From: Candidatus Kuenenia stuttgartensis | GTDB taxonomy: Bacteria; Planctomycetota; Brocadiia; Brocadiales; Brocadiaceae | Direction of reading: 5' to 3' | Assembly: GCF_900232105.1 (NCBI RefSeq) | Contig: NZ_LT934425.1 | Location: forward strand, 2,610,001 to 2,642,000 | DNA length: 32,000 bases | In this document: one piece after another, positions 25,434-32,000 of the stretch | Layout of the letters: each line of letters starts with the position of its first letter | Numbering within the stretch: the stretch's first letter is position 1 | The notes under the pieces: generated by a model | What the model saw: the letters and a program-made list of their open reading frames with translations, nothing else | Databases searched by the model: none | What the model was told of the DNA's origin: nothing | Program-made: the position numbers and the translations under genes

Positions 25434-25552
25434 CACCTTGATTAGTGATTATAACGTTGAGTATTCATAGCGGTTTTAAAGTTTTTGGCGCATATTTGCT
25501 ATCATGAAGGATGATTATCTGCAAAACATGGACAAGCAGGCCAACGTCCGCG
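25434..25552 (+). repeat. Direct-repeat module copy C (5' part only)
   Basis: CACCTTGATTAGTGATTATAACGTTGAGTATTCAT...GATTATCTGCAAAACATGGACAAGCAGGCC. Confidence 0.88.
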
Positions 25553-25596
25553 GTCCCGTTAAAATGTTTCGGATAAATCGTGGATGCCTGAACCGG

Positions 25597-26832
25597 TTAT
25601 CTGTGTCTCCCGGGGAGAATTTTCCCCAGAACCACCTGTTCCCTTGCCCCCGTTGCATTAGGAACATTGTTGGTGTTTCCCGATATCGTTTCGTTTGCAA
25701 GGATGGCAAAGGCGAGGGCTTCTTTGGAATCAGAGGTAATGCCAAACATGTCTATTGGATATACCCTTATGGAAGGGTCAAGGTTTTGCTTAATACATTT
25801 TAATAGCGTTTTGTTGTGGCAACCCCCTCCGGAAAGGATTACCTCCGAGATACTATGCCTGTTTAATATCCATTGTTTATAGCTTTCCGCAATCGAGTAT
25901 GCGGTAAACCATGTAACGGTTGCAAGGATATCCATGTTGTTTATGCCTGCCTTCACGGCATCGTTGTAAATCTTATCTGCGTAGCAGACGCCAAATTCCT
26001 CGCGTCCGGTAGTTTTTGGAGGCGGCTTTGACAGGAAAGAATGTCTTTGCAGATTCAACAGGAGTTCCCTGTTTATCTGCCCCTGCGCAGCCAGTATTCC
26101 ATCTTTGTCAAAGTGCGCAGCGTTGTTTGTAATGCGTTCTGTTATTCTGTCAATGATCATATTGCCGGGTCCGGTGTCAAAGGCGATTACCTCGTTGATA
26201 TTGCAATCTTTCGGCAGAAACGTAACGTTCGCGATTCCCCCGATATTTTGCAATGAGCGTCCCTTTTCTTTATCCCTGAAAAGAATAAAGTCCGCATATG
26301 ACACAAGAGGCGCCCCCTGGCCTCCTGCTGCTATGTCTCTGGGGCGAAAATCCGCCACGGTGGTAATGCCTGTTTCATGGGCTATTACGGAAGGTTCTCC
26401 GATTTGAAGGGTTGAGCCGGCAGGAGCAATGCCAGGCAGCATGTTGTCATGTGGAGGGGAATCTGAAGACAAACAAGGTATATGATAAATAGTTTGTCCG
26501 TGAGACCCGACAAGATCAATATCAAGGAGAGAAATGCCGGATGCATTTGCAATGTTCTTTACTGCTTCCGCAAAGAGTTTTCCAAGGGTGAAGTTTAACC
26601 GGCAGATTTTTTCAACCGTACCGGAAGAAGGGTTGCTCGCTTCCAGGACAGCATTGCGAATGTTGTCGGGATAAGGATACGTGGCAAAGGCAAGGACGTT
26701 TACTCTGGTGCTTACCCCATTTCCTGAAATCTCAGCGAGGCAGGTATCTATTCCGTCAACGGAGGTTCCGGACATAAGCCCTACAACCTTCTTTGTAGTC
26801 TTTCCCTTTAATCGTAAAAGTTCCGCTAACAT
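25597..26832 (-). CDS. anmK: Anhydro-N-acetylmuramic acid kinase
   Basis: 'VVGLMSGTSVDGIDTCLAEI', 'VGSHGQTIYH', 'TVADFRPRDIAAGGQGAPLV', 'NIGGIANVTFLP', 'FDTGPGNMIID'. Confidence 0.95.
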   Translation of the reverse strand: MLAELLRLKGKTTKKVVGLMSGTSVDGIDTCLAEISGNGVSTRVNVLAFATYPYPDNIRNAVLEASNPSSGTVEKICRLNFTLGKLFAEAVKNIANASGISLLDIDLVGSHGQTIYHIPCLSSDSPPHDNMLPGIAPAGSTLQIGEPSVIAHETGITTVADFRPRDIAAGGQGAPLVSYADFILFRDKEKGRSLQNIGGIANVTFLPKDCNINEVIAFDTGPGNMIIDRITERITNNAAHFDKDGILAAQGQINRELLLNLQRHSFLSKPPPKTTGREEFGVCYADKIYNDAVKAGINNMDILATVTWFTAYSIAESYKQWILNRHSISEVILSGGGCHNKTLLKCIKQNLDPSIRVYPIDMFGITSDSKEALAFAILANETISGNTNNVPNATGAREQVVLGKILPGRHR

Positions 26833-27029
26833 TTATTAATTCTTTTTGTTTAACTATTTTATCAAATGTCGTCGGTTCTATTCGTGTTGCCTTTTGAAGA
26901 AGCCGGTAGAAAAGCTTGCCGCGATGTTTCGAGGTTATCCGGTTGAATCTAAACGCATACTCAAAATAATCTAATCCTCAATCCTCAATCTGCAACTTGC
27001 AATTAGCCGACTGTAGATTGCTGACTGCC

Positions 27030-27467
27030 TTACCCTCTTATGCACAAGACGGGGCAAGGGGCATTTCTTATCACATTCTCTGTCACGCTGCCAATAAACA
27101 TATGAGAAATGCCCGTACGGCCGTGAGTACCCATAACTATAAGATCTACCCCCACATCGCGGGCTGCTTTTAAAATCTCTTCGAAAGGAACACCCGCTCT
27201 CATCAGTATTTCAACATTTATACGATGCCTTATTTCTTCAGGAATACTGCTCCTCAATTTCTGTTCTATCTCTGCATCCGTTTCCGCAGTACGGTTTAAC
27301 TCAGCGTCAAATTTAAGCCCGCCATAATCAGAGGTATGCTCTTCATGGACATGCATAAGATAAAGCACGGCAGCATCCTTGATCGCCAATTTCTCCGCAT
27401 ATGCAAGCGCATTCATGGAACAATCTGAATAATCTATGGGACAAAGAATTTTCTGATAGTGAATCAT
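27030..27467 (-). CDS. Universal stress protein UspA family
   Basis: 'YQKILCPIDYSDCSMNALAYAEKLA...VDLIVMGTHGRTGISHMFIGSVTENVIRNAPCPVLCIRG'. Confidence 0.93.
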   Translation of the reverse strand: MIHYQKILCPIDYSDCSMNALAYAEKLAIKDAAVLYLMHVHEEHTSDYGGLKFDAELNRTAETDAEIEQKLRSSIPEEIRHRINVEILMRAGVPFEEILKAARDVGVDLIVMGTHGRTGISHMFIGSVTENVIRNAPCPVLCIRG

Positions 27468-27483
27468 TTTTACCTCGGAGTAT

Positions 27484-29736
27484 TCAGTTTAACACTGCCC
27501 CTTCTAATTCCTTTTTTCTTTTAGTAACAGGAAGAATCTCAGGAGAACAGCCTTTCTTTAGCAAGATGTTTCTTAAAAGAGAGGGGCATATGATGGAAGT
27601 AAATACAATTGCCATAATAACAGAGGAAAATACCGTATCACTTAACGTTCCCATATCCCTGCCAAGTCCTGCCAGAATTAATGTCCCCTCCATCTTTGTC
27701 GCCATCCCTATGCCTATGGCCAGACGGTTTATACCTTTCTCAATCGGGCAAACACTGCAAAACATCTTTCCGATAACGGCAGCGCCTGTTATGGCAAGGC
27801 CGAGGAGGAGGGCATTTAGATTGAAAAAACTCCCCAGTTCTACCTGTGCCCCCACCCGAACAAAAAGTATCGGTACGAGGAGCATATAAAATGGTCTTAT
27901 AAACGATTCAACATTACGATGTTCCCCATCATCAGAGTTCCATAACTTCACATTCCGCAGGAATAAACCTGCAACAAATGCGCCTATTACCGTGTGGAGT
28001 CCTACAGACCCAAACATAAAGGCTAACAAAAGGGATAAAATTACCACTATGGGTATATTTAAACCCTCCGTAAGCCTTTTCGTGAGAAAATTCCCAAACT
28101 TATCACCATATTTTACGATAACAATCAAACTGATTATCAGAGAAGTGATTGCTATGCCAAAGCTGAGGGACATACCTACGAGAGAACCTCCTCCTTTTAC
28201 AACAAATCCACTTACTACACCGAAGGTTAAAATTACAATAATATCGGTAAGAATAGTAGCACCGGCTATTACCCTTCCTTCCAGGGTATTTATTGCCTTT
28301 AATTCGCTCAAAACCGCAAGTAATAATCCGGTACTCGAATTACAAAGAACGATTGCCAAAAGAAGTTTCGTGCCGCTTGAGATATCCGGAAGGAGAAAAT
28401 GCCCAACCATAAGTCCCAGCCCTGCAGGGGCTATTATACCGCCCAGACATACCAGGAGAGAAGATGTTCCTACCCGTAATAATGCCCTGAGGTCTGTATT
28501 GAGACCAGCGGTAAAAAGAAGTATCAACGTTCCAAAGTATGATATCATCTTTACGAATGGCATAGTCCTGAGAAAATCAAAAAAATCCCATCCGGTAAAG
28601 GTGATGACGTTACCCAGTATCATTCCTATTATCAGTTTTCCTACTACACCGGGAAGCCGTAACCTCCTTGCCAGCCATTCTGCTATCTTGGCGGCGATAA
28701 GTATTATGGCGATGGCAAGGATTACCGCATGGGTTGGATCTTTATGCCATATCTCCCACACATGCCCGGAACCTTCACTTTCTGCTATATCTCCAACTGG
28801 TTTTTGCAGAGATATTTCCTCATTGCGAACTGATTGGTACTCGATAGGTAATTTTTCTTCCTGTAAGAGAGAAATACTTTCCTCATCAGGAACAACAGAT
28901 GATTGTGTACCCTTTTCTTCTTTAACCAATACCATCTCTTCTCCGGGAGAAGGAGTAGAAGGTGTTGACGTAGGCGCGATAGAAAGGGTTTCCTCTTCTT
29001 TAACATCCGAAAGCATATCTTTATCGATAACAATATCTTCTTTATCTTCATTGGTAGGAGATGTCTCTTCTGAACTTTCATTATTCGCGACATCAAATTC
29101 AGGAAAAGGTCCCTCCTCACGAGCAGTCGCAGGAGAGGGTTCTGGCAAATAAGAAGAGACACCCATCTCTTTTATATCCTGAAACTCGCCCTCGTCGGTA
29201 TTTACCTGATGGCTAATAGGTGATTTCTCTTCTTCATGAGAAGATGCTTTTCCCTCATCAGGGGTATTTTCCTGCTGTTCGTTATCTACAACCGATGTTT
29301 GATCCCCCTTTTCTTCCTCAATTGAGGATACTTCTCCATCGGGGGAAGGATTAGAAAGTATTATCGGGGATGTGACATCATAAATTTCCTCTTCAGTTGC
29401 AATTTCCTGACCATCCTCACGAATGGAGGTGTTCTCCTTAAGGGTTTCCCCCTCTGCAGTAACGGTACCAGAAGGAGGAGTTTTCTCTACAACAATAGCC
29501 TGAAAGGGTTTTTCATCTAAGGCAGGTGACTGTATTTCGCATTGCTCGATAGGGGCGGATTGTGTCTCTAAAGTCTCTTTTTTATTATTGGCGGGAACTT
29601 GCTCCGAATCCTTTGTTATTGAAACTTTTTCTGCTTTTACCTGGGGTAACCAAATTCCATAAAAGTAAAACAAAAAAATTAATAGTATTACGGATGCCCG
29701 TTTCAATTTTATAGTATGCATCTGAAAGTTAATCAT
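27484..29736 (-). CDS. Kef/NapA-type cation:proton antiporter with a long acidic N-terminal extension
   Basis: 'RLPGVVGKLIIGMILGNV...GTLILLFTAGLNTDLRAL...GLHTVIGAFVAGLFLRN'; ~230-aa E/S/T/P-rich region after a signal-like segment. Confidence 0.87.
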   Translation of the reverse strand: MINFQMHTIKLKRASVILLIFLFYFYGIWLPQVKAEKVSITKDSEQVPANNKKETLETQSAPIEQCEIQSPALDEKPFQAIVVEKTPPSGTVTAEGETLKENTSIREDGQEIATEEEIYDVTSPIILSNPSPDGEVSSIEEEKGDQTSVVDNEQQENTPDEGKASSHEEEKSPISHQVNTDEGEFQDIKEMGVSSYLPEPSPATAREEGPFPEFDVANNESSEETSPTNEDKEDIVIDKDMLSDVKEEETLSIAPTSTPSTPSPGEEMVLVKEEKGTQSSVVPDEESISLLQEEKLPIEYQSVRNEEISLQKPVGDIAESEGSGHVWEIWHKDPTHAVILAIAIILIAAKIAEWLARRLRLPGVVGKLIIGMILGNVITFTGWDFFDFLRTMPFVKMISYFGTLILLFTAGLNTDLRALLRVGTSSLLVCLGGIIAPAGLGLMVGHFLLPDISSGTKLLLAIVLCNSSTGLLLAVLSELKAINTLEGRVIAGATILTDIIVILTFGVVSGFVVKGGGSLVGMSLSFGIAITSLIISLIVIVKYGDKFGNFLTKRLTEGLNIPIVVILSLLLAFMFGSVGLHTVIGAFVAGLFLRNVKLWNSDDGEHRNVESFIRPFYMLLVPILFVRVGAQVELGSFFNLNALLLGLAITGAAVIGKMFCSVCPIEKGINRLAIGIGMATKMEGTLILAGLGRDMGTLSDTVFSSVIMAIVFTSIICPSLLRNILLKKGCSPEILPVTKRKKELEGAVLN

Positions 29737-30062
29737 CGTTAACCCCTATTCAGTTTAAAGCTGACCCTTCTCATTCCTTTTTTTCGGCAGCACTATGCAA
29801 ACCTTTGCAATGAACACCTTTCTTAAGTGTGTAAGAATGGTCTTAAGATTTTAGGTAACCGCGCACAGGGGATAAAATGGCGTTAAATATAATATTCTAA
29901 GCAAGTTATGTATTTTTTATGAAATTCATGAATTAGCCAGCAAATATTTAATGCGCTGAAAATAAGCGCTTTAGCAATTCAAATTTTTTTCTGTAATAAA
30001 TTCATAATTTATTAAGTACCAATTTAACAGTAACTTAAATACTGTGAACGGTTACGGTTTTA

Positions 30063-30273
30063 GTAACACTTTCGTTTTTTGAAGAATTCCAATAACAGCG
30101 CGACTTGCCGTATTAAAAAGGTAAAAAGGATGGTATAGAGGCGGAGCATTTGCTGTAAACGGATGTTGTTCGTTCCTCACTTGAAACACCTAAGCCCACT
30201 AAATTCAAATAGTGCGACGGACCTCGTCACACTACAAAGGACTTTTTCCCGTTTCAAAAGGCTAAGGTGTTAC
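30063..30273. mobile_element. Second member of the GTAAC-TIR MITE family, 211 bp, with 7/8-bp target duplication
   Basis: Left GTAACACTTTCGTTTTTTGAAGAATTCCAATAACAGCG; right ...TTTCAAAAGGCTAAGGTGTTAC; flanks CGGTTTTA / AGGTTTTA. Confidence 0.75.
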
Positions 30274-30496
30274 AGGTTTTATGATTGTTCCTGCGTGGTT
30301 TTTGTAGTTATTGGCAATTGCAGCAAGCAATATTCAGTATACTTTCGTTTACATATTTGTCAAGAAAATGTAAATATAGGTTTACACATGGGAGGGTATT
30401 TTGTATCATAGTGTTGTCGTTGCACCAAAATACTTAAGACAATGAGAAAAGGCATTAATCGATTTACTTATTTTCAATAAAAGGTAATCACTCAAA

Positions 30497-31051
30497 ATGA
30501 AAAAATACATTTCTTTTATCGCCTTTGTAATAAGTCTGTCTTTTTTATTAACGGGATGTACAGGGTTTTCCAAAAAAATTAACGAAATCCAAAAGGAACA
30601 AGAAGAACATGCTGCACTCGTTAATAAGAAGATTCAAGACCATGGGCAAATACTTTCAAATTTACAATCTTCCTGCCAAAATATTGAAGGACAAATTGAA
30701 GAACTTTCACAAAAAGCCACTAATACGGACAGCGATTATTCAAAACTTCAAACAGCACTGGATACCCTCAATAATAAAATTGAGACAAGAGGTAATTTCC
30801 TTGATACTATTTACCCGAAAATCCAAAAACGCATCGATGATCTTGAAATGAAGGTAAATACCCTTCTCGAGATAGAGCATGATTTACAAACTAAGATTAC
30901 CGCACTTCAATCACAGTTGTCTGATATCTCGTCTGAAACAAAACAATATGATACTAGTTATGATGAGCTGGGCTACTCGAATAGGTGGCTAAGAAACCTT
31001 TCTAATAAAAAAGGGCAACAGGAGGAGGTTCAGAAACAAGAAAGGAAATAG
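30497..31051 (+). CDS. Coiled-coil lipoprotein
   Basis: Lipobox 'SLSFLLTGCTG', then a heptad-rich region 'QKEQEEHAALVNKKIQDHGQILSNLQSSCQNIEGQIEELSQKA'. Confidence 0.75.
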   Translation: MKKYISFIAFVISLSFLLTGCTGFSKKINEIQKEQEEHAALVNKKIQDHGQILSNLQSSCQNIEGQIEELSQKATNTDSDYSKLQTALDTLNNKIETRGNFLDTIYPKIQKRIDDLEMKVNTLLEIEHDLQTKITALQSQLSDISSETKQYDTSYDELGYSNRWLRNLSNKKGQQEEVQKQERK

Positions 31052-31216
31052 TGGGGAAGAACTAACGGAATAGAAAGGAAGATAACGAGGTCACACATTA
31101 GAAGGTTTTAAAATAAAACCTGACTTAATAGGATTTTCATATAGCACTAAGACACTTTTAAGCCGATTTCGGGGCAGAAACTCGATGGACGATTTTTGTT
31201 TTTGTCCGTCAACGAA

Positions 31217-31264
31217 TAGACCGCACAATGACAGAGCAATATCGTTGTGCGGCCTTTTTTTTGG
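31217..31264 (+). terminator. Rho-independent terminator-like hairpin
   Basis: GACCGCACAATGACAGAGCAATATCGTTGTGCGGCC followed by T8. Confidence 0.75.
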
Positions 31265-31595
31265 TTTGCATATTTGCGATATTTGCGTTAGCCCGACTTT
31301 CGCAACTCAATGGGTAGATAAATCGCTAAGCCAGTAAATACAAGAGGTCCTCTGCTCCGGTGCAAGGGTCATCGGCGCAGATAAGCCCCTCGATATATTT
31401 ACTATGGAGACAAACATGGCGTCCATTTCGCCACTATTTATCCAACATACCGCCAGTCCTTATGTTTAAATTTAAAGAGAAGGATATTTGATTGAAGCAT
31501 TAGTTGTTGTACGTCTCTAATTATGTGAGAATTAGCCGGTCAAGTGAATGCCCCAATTATCAATATTTAATATGTGACTCTAAAAATCCCCTAAA

Positions 31596-31847
31596 ATGAA
31601 TTTAAGTTTCAATACAAAACTAGCAGAAGGATATTCTAGCAATTCGCAAATTGCAAGAGTATTAACTGAAAATTGGGTTAAAGAAAATTCTTATTGTCCT
31701 TGTTGTGGTAATTTTCCATTGAGTGAATTTAAAAACAATAGCCCTGTAGCTGTCTTTTATTGTCTTAAATGCAGCGAAGAATTTGAATTGAAAGGAAATA
31801 GACTCGAAGTGTCTCCTGAATTTGCTCAGGTTTGCGTTGTGGCTTAA
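31596..31847 (+). pseudogene. Truncated DpnI-like (type IIM) restriction endonuclease N-terminus
   Basis: 'MNLSFNTKLAEGYSSNSQIARVLTENWVKENSYCPCCGNFPLSEFKNNSPVAVFYCLKCSEEFELKG' follows the DpnI N-terminal pattern with CxxC...CxxC, but stops after 83 aa. Confidence 0.78.
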
Positions 31848-31940
31848 ACTATCATGTGATAGTAATTTTAATTTTCCATGCGGATAGAAGTGATAGTTCC
31901 AACATCAGCCAACATGGCACCGTCTTTGTCCCAATGATAA

Positions 31941-32000
31941 CTACCCTCTTATGCACAAGACGGGGCAAGGGGCATTTCTTATCACATTCTCTGTCACGCT
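31941..32000 (-). CDS. 3' end of a second universal stress protein gene (partial, runs off the window)
   Basis: 59 bp (31942-32000) identical to 27031-27089; encodes SVTENVIRNAPCPVLCIRG*. Confidence 0.8.
   Translation of the reverse strand, partial: SVTENVIRNAPCPVLCIRG

Noticed and set aside
22402-25552. Possible CRISPR array
   Set aside because: The repeats are ~110 bp long, only three, diverged, and 1-2 kb apart with genes between them; no short regularly spaced repeats were seen anywhere in the window.
25504-25803. 99-aa plus-strand ORF MKDDYLQNMDKQANVRG...
   Set aside because: Begins in direct repeat copy C and then runs antisense through the anmK 3' end; no independent support.
27992-29152. 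386-aa plus-strand ORF antisense to the antiporter
   Set aside because: Serine/proline-rich shadow ORF of the real antiporter coding strand.

Overview
The window reads as a bacterial chromosome segment with two kinds of content. Conserved backbone genes include a TPR/transglutaminase-like protein, a polyprenyl glycosylphosphotransferase, a ferredoxin, exbD/exbB/TonB-like genes, ychF, pyrE, anmK, a universal stress protein and a Kef-type antiporter. Accessory DNA makes up the rest and is heavily disrupted by small mobile elements. The most notable content is: (1) a 3-gene operon at 13000-22366 encoding a PLD-nuclease/DEAH helicase fusion, an Eco57I-like N6-adenine methylase and a 565-aa uncharacterised protein with a possible C-terminal HEPN RX5H motif, which is a candidate R-M-like defence system; (2) an IS200-like/RAYT transposase inside that operon, flanked by two 33-bp double palindromes AACCCTGACAGGGTT-N3-AACCCTGTCAGGGTT. 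The same 33-bp element (exactly 11 codons) also occurs in-frame inside both the helicase and methylase genes, and one copy supplies the helicase stop codon; (3) an integron-like remnant at 11134-12490, with an integrase fragment and two attC-like sites ending hicBA and DUF4258/DUF2283 cassettes; (4) MITE-like elements with 8-9 bp target duplications at 7781-7933, 30063-30273 and 12593-12718; (5) a PilZ gene frameshifted at a 9-bp G tract; (6) a low-complexity repeat inserted in-frame in pyrE; (7) ~110-bp direct repeats at 22402, 24387 and 25434 that separate small toxin-antitoxin-like modules, two of them carrying a copy of the 3' end of the methylase gene; (8) a DpnI N-terminal remnant and a 59-bp exact repeat of the uspA 3' end at the window edge. 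All calls come from reading the sequence; no database search was run.
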